Below the pieces are notes generated by a model. The model worked only from the letters and a program-made list of their open reading frames with translations, was not told the origin of the DNA and searched no databases. Positions 52,501-64,000 of a stretch of 64,000 nucleotides of DNA are shown here, piece after piece; the first letter of the stretch is position 1, and every line of letters begins with the position of its first letter. The translations under genes and the position numbers were made by a program. The stretch comes from Octopus sinensis (lineage: Eukaryota): assembly GCF_006345805.1 (NCBI RefSeq), contig NC_043007.1:42098001-42162000 (forward strand). The letters run 5' to 3'.

Positions 52501-54289
52501 AAGCAGAAGAGGAATCCAGTTGTAAAAATAATTGCCCTGATAAACCTATCTTACAACATGGTAAAGCGGGTGTAAAGAGAAAAATGGGGGGAAAAAAATG
52601 CACAAGTGAAAAATAGGTGTTAAATAAAAAAGAAACAGCAAAGGCGGGAAATGTTGTTGTTGTTATCATTATTACGTGGCTAAACAAAATGCTTTGTGGT
52701 ATTTCTTTTAGCTTTACATTCTGAGTTCAAATTCCACATAGGTCAAATTTGCTTTTATATCCTTTCAGAGTTGATAAAATAAGCACCAGTTGAGCACTGG
52801 AATAGTTATGATTGACTTCTCTGCTCCTCAAAATTGCTGGTCTTGTTCCTATAATAGAAAGAATTATTATTACAAGCATTTTTAAAAATTCTGTTTATTT
52901 ACAATTATTTTTATATATTTTATATATTTCGTTTATTTGCTTCTATCTAAATAACTTAGTAGCAAGTAATACCTGGCTTTGTTTTGGGGTTTATACTGTT
53001 TCAGAAAAAAAGCTACCTAGCTTTTGAGCTTCATGAAAAGATGTGCCCCTATGCAAAATTTCAGATACTTATGTGCAAAACTATGGCTTACTATTTGAAT
53101 GATACATACAGAACATACATTTTATACATTCACTTTTATGTATTAAGATGATAATGCAGCCATTTTAATAGGGTTAAGCCTTAGTAACATCGGATTTGCT
53201 TGCTAAATACAAATGCAATTTGTAGTGAGGATAGTTTTGTGTGGTGGTTGTAGTGGTGGGTTGGTTAACTCTATGAATAGTGGATGGCTGTATGAAGAGT
53301 GTTTGCTTTTAGAGCAGTGAGGTATATTTGTCTCTGTTAAATGTATGTGTTTGTTGCATGTTTGGCAATTGGTGGTGGTATGCATGTTTGTGAATGGTTA
53401 TGTATTATTGATGCTTACATGTCTGTGATGGTGGTGGTGGTGTCTAAATTTATTAGATTACTGTTTGCCTATTATGTTTTATCTTGAACTTTGCCTGTTA
53501 GTTGTTTAGCCCTAGGTCAATCCTGATCAAACGTTTCAAGCATTATATCCTTTTAAGCATTATATATTTCACTTTGTTTTATTATATCTCAGTTGATTTG
53601 CTGTTTTTTCCTATCTAGGATTGTAGCCTTTCTTTCTAAGGTGATAAAAATGTAATTTGAGGAAAGTTTTGTTGATATTTCTAACAGATAGTGGGGTCAG
53701 GAGTTGTTCATCACTGACTTACAAGACTTCAGTTTCCTTTTTGCTTAATAATGCTGATAATGTTGGACAAGAGGTTCCCCATAATGCTATAATGCGACTA
53801 AACCATTCTTTCAGGCTTACTCAGCTACTCCTTGAACTGTTTGACTGTATGGACAATTAGTTCCTGATCAATTACTCCCTGTTCAGTTACTCCCAGAACA
53901 GTTTACTCCTTCAGCCATTCAGTTACATCATACTTTGTGTTTAGTGTAACACATTAAAGCCAAAGATAATTCCTTATCATTTAACTTCCTAGAAACCGTT
54001 TCACATTATCAGTTATTCAGGTTTGTTAGTTTATTTAGAGCTTTTATTGCTTCCTACTAATCCTGATAACATACATATTTAAGGCTTTAGATCAAAACCA
54101 CTTATCTATTGTTGGTTTTGTTTTTTCCATGTCTCTAGTTAATTTTCTTAATACACTTTTCTACTTTTAAATCAATGTGGGTTTATTTATTTAATTATAT
54201 TAGCTGTGACATTCAGATTTTACTGGCAACAGTGATTAAGCTGAAGTATTATTACAGCAGCTTTTTTGGTTTGCCTTTCTTCTTTGGAT

Positions 54290-54700
54290 AAGGTATATAT
54301 TTCTGCTTGCCTCAGACTATCTAGCTGATAACAGCTACTACTATGATTTCTGCTTTTCTGAACTTGTTTGTGTACCAATCCAACATAAACCTATTTATTT
54401 GCTCCCTGTTTTTTTATAATAAATAGTAATAAGTTTATAATATACAGCACTTAGGTGCATTACAAATCATTGGAAAAGGGTAAAAGAAAGGATAGAAAGT
54501 AGCAATAAGTCAAGAAAGCTAGAAATGATAGCCAATAACTGCTTGAAGACAGCAACAGGAACAGTTGTTAGTAAATTTTAAAGAATACAGTATCCTGACA
54601 GTTAACAACTGGCATAGGTAGTTTATTCCATGTTTTGGCTATCCTAAGCATGAGACTATGTTTCTGAAAGTCATGGCAGCTGTAGTTTTTTGATTTTATA
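54290..54700 (-). mobile_element. CR1-like LINE 3' end remnant
   Basis: SCHDFQKHSLMLRIAKTWNKLPMPVVNCQDTVFFK resembles the CR1/L2 ORF2 C-terminus (R..WNxLPxxVV...FK). Confidence 0.65.
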
Positions 54701-57700
54701 TGCATGTCCATCATGGGTGGCAGAGATACTGAATTCAAAAAGGTGGCCAAATTTGTTGTTAGAAAGATGGTGGATAATTTCATGTGCCTCTCTCAATGGT
54801 CTGAGAAGCATTATCCTCCACTCTGTCTCAAAATGCTACTTCCAGTCAATTTCTTCCATAGCTATGCTTAGGAATAACTCACTCTATTGATATTTTTTTT
54901 CTCTCTGAATCATCAGCTGTACTAATCTCACATAATTATCACTATCCTCAATTTAGGAAAGTCTGTAAAGGCTATGGGTACTTCTGGTGACCTTATTAGA
55001 CATGACTGTTAATTAAAAATATTGGTCTCATCAAAATTTGATGATTATTTATTGAAAAGTCAGATGTTTAACTATGAAAACAACACTTGTTTCAAAACAA
55101 ATCAACAAAGAAGTTGCTACATGGTTACTTGGCATGCTGGGAATGGCAATTTTAGAAACAGTAAAATAAAAATGACACCTTAAAGCCACCAGTAGTAGGA
55201 TATGAACTAAATGAATTATGCTTTCTGCTGCAGTCTTGAATCAGATTGTTGCAGCAATAAACTTTCTTAAAAACCATCTGCTTAAAGCATGAAATGGTAT
55301 GAAAGCTATTTCCATTTCAGCTTGTTAACCCTTGTACTACATGTTATTAATAATTCTTGGTACTATAAATACTACATTCTTATGAGAAGAAAACAGCAAT
55401 GTTGAAGGGATTTTTTTTACATTTGAATGTTATTATCTGTAAGAATTATGATACATGGTTGTTGATGAGTAATTATTTGTGTATGTGTGTGAGTATGTAT
55501 GTAAGTAAGAAACTAAATTTTCTTCACAAAACATGCACTCCCACTTGTCTTTATTACTTAGAAGAACAAGGTCATGCCTAGTGATTCTTTTTAGGATTGC
55601 CAAGACTGAAAGTACAGAGGCAAAGTTATTCTCAGATTAAAAACTTGACCCAAATGCTTGCAATAAAGCAGATGCTGTTAAAGGCACCCACAAACTAGGT
55701 TATGGTGTTAAATAAGATGAAAAAAAAAACAAACCAATGAATTTTTTTTTTTTTTTGCTGCATATTGATCATTTTGGCATTATAGGGTTAAATTCAAGTT
55801 AAGCATTTAGAATATATTTTGCCTTAAGTCCCAGCTGTTTATTTTAGGAATATATGAACTCATTACCCTTCAGTCCATAATGTATCACATTTTCACACCA
55901 ATGTTGCTTATTTTATTGATTTCATACTAGAAATTCCCAATGGAAGATAAGTTTTGACAGAATCATTGTTGAACTATTCAATCCACAAAAGAGATTTTTG
56001 CTAAAAAGCTGAACATGTCTCAAGTGTCTTTAAACAGATAACACAGTGATAATTTGTTCAGTTGTTTAATTTGTTGTTTAGTTTTGTTTTCCTTGACTAT
56101 ATCTGTTTCATTTTATTTATTTATTTTCCTGAAGCACAAATACCATGAGTGCTTTGATGCAATTGCAAACTGATTTCTGTGCTTTGTGGACAACAGTAGT
56201 TAAACATTTTTTTTTCCCTTTTTGTACTATTTTAATTCAGCTGCTTTGTTCCTTTAGGATGGCATTGGTGGTAACCTGCTGCGATGTCACTATATGCTTC
56301 CTGTATTTAGTTGTATTGAAGCAGCTTTACTCAGAAGCTTAAAAGTATTTTCTCTTGGAAACATGGCAAAGAGCATCTTCTTGCTTCTCTGCAAAACCAG
56401 AATCTCCATGGACCAATCTTTCCAGCAGCTGCCAGTCTACCAATGTGTAGTTATTCATATTAATGTAGAAATAAAAGCTTCAGATTATTAAGGAGAGAGC
56501 AAGATGAATGAGATGGTGTGCTGTTCATGCCTTTCTCAAAAATATTTTTTAATGCAGGTGATGTTAAATTGGCATTGAAACTGTTGACATTAGGGACTCT
56601 TGTTTAGTGATAGTGTTTTCTCCTTATCTGAGGTACTTTCCAGATAAAACATTAACTACATAGGTGCAGGTGTGGCTGTGTGGCAAGAAGCTTGCTTCCT
56701 AATCACATGGTTCCGAGTTCAGTCCCACTGCATGACATCATGGGCAAGTGTCTTCTATAGCCTCAGGCTGACCAAAGCCTTGTAAGTGGAATTGGTAGTC
56801 GGAAACTGAAAGAAGCCTGTTGAATATGTGTTTGTGTCTGTCTCCACTACTTGACAATCAGTGCTGGTGTGTTGAAGTCCCCATAATGTAGCAATTTGGC
56901 AAAAGAAACCAATAGAATTAGTACCAGGCTTTAAAACAAAAAAGTACTAGGGTTGATACATTCAACTAAAAAAGATTGTTCAGGGTGGTACCACAGCATG
57001 GCCGCAGTCTAAGATAAAAGATATGCTGCTTTCAACTAGTTTGATCACTCCTCAGTCTTGAAAGAATAAAGGTTTTCATTTACGGGTCACTGCTTCATGT
57101 CACCAGACTAATTTTATTCATGATACTCTTGCAGTTAAGATATTGATGAACTATAGGCTTCATGGCTGTGCATTCAAATCTTATTCATCTAGTCACTGTA
57201 TTCTTTTTTTCTGAGCAAGGCACGAGACTGCTTTCTTTAATCTGACTGCCCAGTTGGCTGAAAGGGTTCTATACTTAATTATTAGTTGAATGATTTGATG
57301 TAGAAAAATAATTAAGTACACCCCAACTATTCAAAACAATTTTAAAAACAATTGAGCAAGCAATATACAAGCAACTAAATTTGTAAAAGCCATCCATCCT
57401 ATTCTTAATAACATGAAATAAAACAAAAAACGAAAGAAAAAGAAATCATTAAAAAAAAAAGGAAAATGAAAAAATTAGATTAGTTATTTGATAGACTGAT
57501 CTATTTAATTTCAGAGAATTTTCTGTTCTTATAAGAACATCCTGCTTTAATATTCTATCCAATCAAATCTTCTAGCATCGTTTCTATCATTACACCTTCC
57601 TGTGAACTGGAAAATATTACCAAAGATAAAAAGAAAATTGTTACTCTTAGATGACTTCTATCATTTTGTTGTTGTTGTTTGAATCTCCATGGCAACAATA

Positions 57701-58045
57701 TGCAATTCTTCCTATTTTTTTCTTTCTTTCCTACAACTTTTCTCATGTTCTCTCCTTCTCCTACTATTTCTTATTCTCTTCATTCGTTTTCCCTTTTCCC
57801 CCATTTTTTCTATTTTCTTCCCTTTCCTTCGTCTCTCCTTTTTATGTTCATTTTTTTTCTTTACATTATTTCTCCTCTCTCTATCTCTTTCTCATCTTTA
57901 TTTCTTTCGCTCCTCTCTCTTTCCTTTCCACCTTTATTTAAATCTAAATATTTATAGACAATCCAAATATCATTGGTGGGGATAATGCTAAGAATGTCTA
58001 AACACACGCACACATGTATTCTTGGCACTGAGGATATTTTGGTTG

Positions 58046-58128
<83 letters not shown>

Positions 58129-61100
58129 TAGATAGATATAGATAATTTAAATTAGACATTCCTTTTCTTCTTCCTGTAAGATCAGGTCAAGTGGTTTAGA
58201 CTTATTGATTTTGAATGAGGTTTTTTTTGTTATTTTGAAATGTCTTACAAATTATACATCCTATAATTAGACACACGCTAATCTATAATGATTGGCAAAG
58301 TTGTTCTTAATACTTTCCACAGGTTCTGTTAACCACAATGTTTTGTCACTGCTTGTGGCAGAACTGAGGATTTGTTAGCACTTGTAGTAGAGAGCTGGCA
58401 CTATGTACTAAAAAAATTAGACAATTACCTAAATTATTAAAATCTGGAAGATACCACTCAAATTCTAAGTAACTTAGGTAACATTTCTTAAACCTCATAA
58501 AAAAAAACAAAAAATAATAAAAATTATAAATAAAGCTGGTGTGGTCACTCCTAGGATAGAATAGGGGAGGACAGAGGTGAGGGGAAACGAGGGTTTTTTT
58601 GCATATGATTTAGTGTGAAACAACTTAAATTTTTCCAGGAAACAGGTTTCTTGGATTATATCTGCAATCATAAAACTACAATTTTCTTGCTAGCAAGTTG
58701 ATTATAATTTCTTGACTGTATTCTTCTTTCTAGCTGGTGCAAGAAGGGGTGACGGTTGGAGGGATTATCAAAGTGGGTGCACACTGTAGGGCTAGCAGAA
58801 GGAATTGTACACACTGTTGGGCTGGTTTAGGTGTTTGAATACCCTGACACCAGTCCCAAGTTGAAGATTTGTCATAGCTTGTGATAGGAATAAGGGTTTG
58901 TCATAGTTTGCAATAGGAGTAAGTATTTGTCACAACTCATATGATTGGAATTATGTTGCCATTTGTGAAAGGACTGGAAATTAATCCTAGTTTGTCTGGA
59001 TTGAGAATTTGCCTTAGCTTTAGTCAGAACACAAAATGAAGCAAACTTATGGTCAGAAATGTTCCAACCATTGCCAGCCTATTTTTTTTTTTTACCCCCT
59101 CCTCTCATAGTGCATTTAGGACTACATTAACCCGTGTCAAATAGATCTTCTTTTGTTTGCTGAAATCGAAGTGTGTCACTCAATGTTTTTTTGTTACAGT
59201 TTTCACTGACTTCACTGTTTTGTCACCACCATGCTGTAGTTTTCATCATCACAATTTAAGCCATATAGTAATTGCATTTTTTTCCTAGTAAATTCTAGAT
59301 AAACTGCAAAGAAATTTTTATTTTTGAAGTTCACTCTTAAATTTCTGAGATATATCTATTTTGAAAATATCTCCATTTAAAAAAAAAATTTTGTTCGTTT
59401 ATATATAGTTGAGTCTAACTTAGGCAAATACATAGGCGCAAAGATACACGTACATACATATGTACATCATATAGACATATATCGTTCGTACCTATGTAAT
59501 ACATAATACATACATTGTACGTACATAAGTTGTATGTGCATACTTACGTTGCACGTACAATAAGTATATACTTACAAAAATATACATAACTATGAATACT
59601 ATTAAGGCCTAAAAATTGCCTGTAGCCATCCTAGAGAAATCTCAGCGTCAAGTTTCTTAAGAAATTTAGTTAAATATACTTGAATGAATTCGAACAAAAG
59701 TTGCCTGATGTCTTGTCTTGTCATTTTTATTTGTCAATGTTGATGGACAAAAAGATGTTTGTTGGTTTTAGTGAGTATATAATTACGCGTATATTTATAT
59801 ACAGACAGTAGTGATTATAACCACATCCTCCCTCTTATTTACTGTTACTATCATCATAGCCATTATCGCTATCATTATCGCCGTTGTAATCTTCGCTGCC
59901 ACCACCATCATCGCAATCGCTACCCGCCACTATCATTATTGTGTCATCGTAAGCACCTTCGTTATAATCGCCTCCTCCACCACAATCGTCTTAACGTCGC
60001 CTCTGCCATCGATGTAATCGTCAGTGCTACTCACTCCCTTCTTCTGATCCTTTCTTAGAAAGAGATAAGATTAGTTATTTCAGTAAATTTAATTTTTATT
60101 TCTTGACATTTTCTTCCCTTTTGTTTACCCGGGTTGGTGTCCTTGACATGCTGAATGTACCCGATATATTTGGGATGCTATAAATGTTGACAGACGATTA
60201 GAGTCGAGGCAATATGCGTTCCTGTAGAGGTTGTTGTCAATTAGCTCCTGAGCAGTGGTTGCGACCATCCGGTACTTTTTTCCCCGACATTGGGTATTTA
60301 GAGAAGCAGGCCGCATGAGACATCTCCAGGCGAGCCGCCCTACTAAAAGAAGCTTGAAGGTAATTTTTGTTTTGTTGGTGTTCCATTCAGAAAGTCCTGT
60401 GAGCCGCAGTTTACTCATAGCTGATTTTGAACCACATTATCTAATGTGTTATTTGTTTCTTTTTCCTTTATTCTTTATTAAGCCAATAGGAAAATTATCT
60501 GGCGGAGATTTGGCTACTATTTCTGGCAGGTCGAGCGACTACGAGAGAGGCTTATTTCATGGGTTTAGTTATCATCAGCAGCATTGTTGTATTTTGGGTT
60601 ACTGTCAATGTTGTAATTCCAAAGTGATCAATCAATCCTGATGTATGTCGAGGGTGTGTGGATATGTGTGTGTTCGTGCGTACGTGTGTTTACCTGAGGG
60701 TTTATTTTTATTTTGTGGATTGCTGCTGTAAGTAGTAGCTAAATTGCTTTACTTAATAACACCAGCAACAACATCTTTTTGAATCAATTACCAATCAATA
60801 AGCTATCCTTGGCTTTATAAACTCTGCATCAAATCCTCTTGTCGAAAAGCCGGCGCTTCGTTCAAAATAATTGTTATATAACTTATAATTGCATTCATTG
60901 TTTACTGGCCACTCGCCAGTATAGTTGTGTCACGGCTAAGGTGATGCCCCACTTGTTTTCTGGTACGGTAGATTTATACTACTACCACTACTACTATGAC
61001 ATACCATTATGCATCTACATTGCTGTCTTCAAAACCCTTTGATTGATTATCGGTACGTGCTAATTTGTTGTCTCTAAGTTTTGTTTTCAGTTTTTTTTGT

Positions 61101-61246
61101 TGATAACTTTTCAAACTGTTTTCAGTTATTTGGACCGTAAGAGAACTTAGTCAAAATCACGTAACCCAAGGTTTGTTGTTATAACAGTATATTGTTGTCA
61201 TACTTCATTTCGCAAGACATTCGAACTTCTTTCAAACTTCTTCCTT

Positions 61247-61745
61247 TTGATGCACGCATCACTTTCCAACGTACGTACTTCAGATACATTTTTTTCAAAC
61301 GTACGTACTTCAGATACATCTCTTTCAAACATATTTCCTTCAGATGCCAGCATCTTTTTCGAACGCGCTTCCTTCAGATGCACGCATCTCTTTCAAACGT
61401 ACTTCCTTCAAATGCCCGCATCTCCTTCAAACGTACTTCCTTCAGATGCCCGCATCTCTTTCAAACGTACTTCCTTCAGATGCCCGCATCTCTTTCAAAC
61501 GTACTTCTGTTAGATGCCCGCATCTCTTTCGAACGTACTTCCTTCAGATGCCCGCATCTCTTTCAAACGTACTTCTCTTAGATGCCCGCATCTCTTTCAA
61601 ACGTACTTCTCTTAGATGCCCGCAACTCTTTCAAACGTACTTCTCTTAGATGCCCGCATCTCTTTCGAACGTACTTTCTTCAGATGCACGCATCTCTTTC
61701 AAACGCACTTCCTTCAGATGCATACCTCTCTTTCAAACGTAATTC
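61247..61745. repeat. 34-bp minisatellite (cagatgcccgcatctctttcaaacgtacttcctt), about 12 copies plus shorter 5' variants
   Basis: Seen directly. It generates the overlapping repetitive ORFs in the track. Confidence 0.92.
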
Positions 61746-63564
61746 TTTCAACCATAGTTCTGTCAGATGTATATCATTCAGACGTGTCTCCCTCAAACAT
61801 GCTTCGCTCCAGACGTATTTCCTTACTGTAGCAATAAACACCTTTCTTCCCTAACCCCCTTCTTCTACGAACCAACCTCTTTTTGTATGTATTTCGTCTT
61901 ACATATTCTGTCAATTACAACGCAACGCATCATTATGTTCAATCTCAATTTGATTTCCCTCTAGTTAAGACATGCAACAACGGGAAAAAAAGGAAGAGAC
62001 CGTCGTGAGAGGTGAGATGGTGTAGTTATGGAAAAGGGATGGTGAGGAGTACTATATCCCCTTCAATAAGGCTATGCAGTGCAGATTTAGAACCGATGAG
62101 TTGCATTTATTTGCCAAACAGATATTTGATTAGCTGTTCTGTCAGTAAATATTCTAGACTTTAAAACTAATACAGAAGTCCAGGTTTCCTTCTTCATTTG
62201 ATATGCTTTCAATTTACTTTCTTGCATATATAATTACTCAGTGTGAGAAATGTACACCTCTACTTTAAAATATCAAATTAATTCTGTTATTCACCTGTTC
62301 TCTATTTCAGCTCTTCTTTATTCTCTCTCACTTTCACACAATATTCTAGTTTTAATTCAATGGATTCTTAGGTTAACTTCTAATTTTATAGTTTTTCTCT
62401 CTTACTGGTTTCAATAATTGAACTGCTGCCATTCTGGGGCACCACGTTTGAAGGGTTTCAGCCAAACAAATCAACCCCAGTACTTAAGATGTTATGTAAG
62501 GAAGCAGTGTAATAGATAGGGGATGTTGGATGAGAAACTGTGACACATAGGGACCTTGTACTCTACACAACGTTACTTCCGGGATAGATTGGACATGTTA
62601 TGTGTGATAGTTGCTTCTGTTTTGCTATCATCATCATCATTATCGTTTAATGTCCGCTTTCCATGCTAGCATGGGTTGGACGGTTCAACTGGGGTCTGGG
62701 AAGCCTGAAGGCTGCACCAGGCCAGTCAGATCTGGCGGTGTTTCTACAGCTGGATGCCCTTCCTAACGCCAACCACTCCGTGAGTGTAGTGGGTGCTTTT
62801 TATGTGCCACTGACACAGGTGCCAGACGAGGCCGGCGAACTGCCACGCTCGGATGGCGTTTTTTACGTGCCACCGGCATGGAGGCCAGGCGAGGCTGGCA
62901 AACGGCCACGATTGGATGGTGTTTGTTACGTGCCACTAGCACGGAGTCATATCATTTAAAAAAGTAAAAGCTCTCCAGAAGACAGGCAAGCTAAATTCCT
63001 TGGAAAATATTAAAATAGTGGTTCTGAACTTTCTTAAGTCAATGTTTGCCTTAACCCTCAAAGTAATTCCTCAATTATTATGCAGAAAGAAAAAAAGTAA
63101 GAAAAATTGTCTCATCTGAAAGCATAGCTGAAAACGTTGCAACAACCACCATCTGTTATAATTGCTTGCATGCAATAATATTTTTCCAACTAAAAGAATC
63201 ATTAGAGCTTGGGCAAACTTCGAATTTTGTCATTTCCTTCTTATACTATTTGTGTTTTAATGTGAAAGCTATAGATTGTAACAACCTTGACAATCCAGTC
63301 AAAATGTCTGCTGGTTTGCTAGTGATTAGACCAAGGCAGAATAACTTTTCCAATTATCTGAATTATTAATTTGTGATCTCAATTTCATGTATTAATAATG
63401 CACATAACAAGTGCAGGCATGGCTGTGTGGTAAGAAGCTTGCTTCCCAACCACATTGTTCCAGGTTCAGTCCCACTGTGTTGCACCTTGGACAAGTGTCT
63501 TTTACTATAGCCTCAGGTAGACCAAAACCTTGTGAATGAATTTGATAGACAGAAACTGAAAGAA

Positions 63565-63796
63565 AATAAGGTAGTGAGCTGGCAGAATCCTTAGCATGCT
63601 AGGCGAAATGCTTAGTGGTATTTCGTCTGCCGCTACATTCTGAGTTCTAATTCCACCAAGGTCGACTTTGCCTTTCATCCTTTCAGGGTCGATTAAATAA
63701 GTACCAGTTATGCACTGGGGTCAATATAATCGACTTAACCCCTTTGTCCTTGTTTGTCCCCTCTGTGTGTAGCCCCTTGTGGGCAGTAAAGAAATA
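63565..63796 (+). mobile_element. SINE family B nested in a family A SINE, with a 14-bp TSD
   Basis: agaaactgaaagaa at 63551-63564 and 63797-63810. The family A sequence resumes after the insert. Confidence 0.85.
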
Positions 63797-64000
63797 AGAA
63801 ACTGAAAGAAGACTGCCATATATATATTTGTGTGTGTGTGTGTGTGTGTCTTTGTGTTTGTTCCCTAACCATTGCTTGACAACCGATGTGGGTGTATTTA
63901 TGTCCCTGCAACTTGGCGGTTTGGCAAATATGACCAATAGAATAAGTACCAGGCTTACAAAGAATAAGTCCTGAGGTCAATTTCTTTGACTAACATGACT

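Overview
AT-rich eukaryotic DNA dominated by microsatellites and transposable elements. The repeat landscape looks like an octopus or other coleoid cephalopod genome; this is my recognition of the repeat families, not a database result. The one gene I can name is PACS (phosphofurin acidic cluster sorting protein, PACS1/2 family). Its first coding exon is at 14264-14382 (+), behind a CpG-rich promoter with CCAAT and NRF1-type motifs. I found no PACS exon 2, so the remaining ~49.6 kb appears to be its first intron. Upstream, four phase-compatible exons (1799-1981, 2838-2870, 4922-4967, 5450-5520, + strand) splice into an open frame for a protein I cannot identify. The rest is SINEs, LINE remnants (RTE, CR1-like), a Penelope-like fragment, Tc1/mariner and hAT transposase remnants, MITEs, Helitron-like ends and several mini/microsatellites. 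Most ORFs in the supplied track are artefacts of simple repeats. The best leads are (1) a 484-bp fold-back SINE dimer flanked by one 12-bp direct repeat, with decayed hammerhead-ribozyme cores in both arms, (2) Arg in place of the conserved Trp of the PACS ATWE motif, (3) the unidentified spliced upstream gene, and (4) a second CpG-retaining domain at ~59.4-62.1 kb inside the intron. I see no convincing wholly new multi-gene system.
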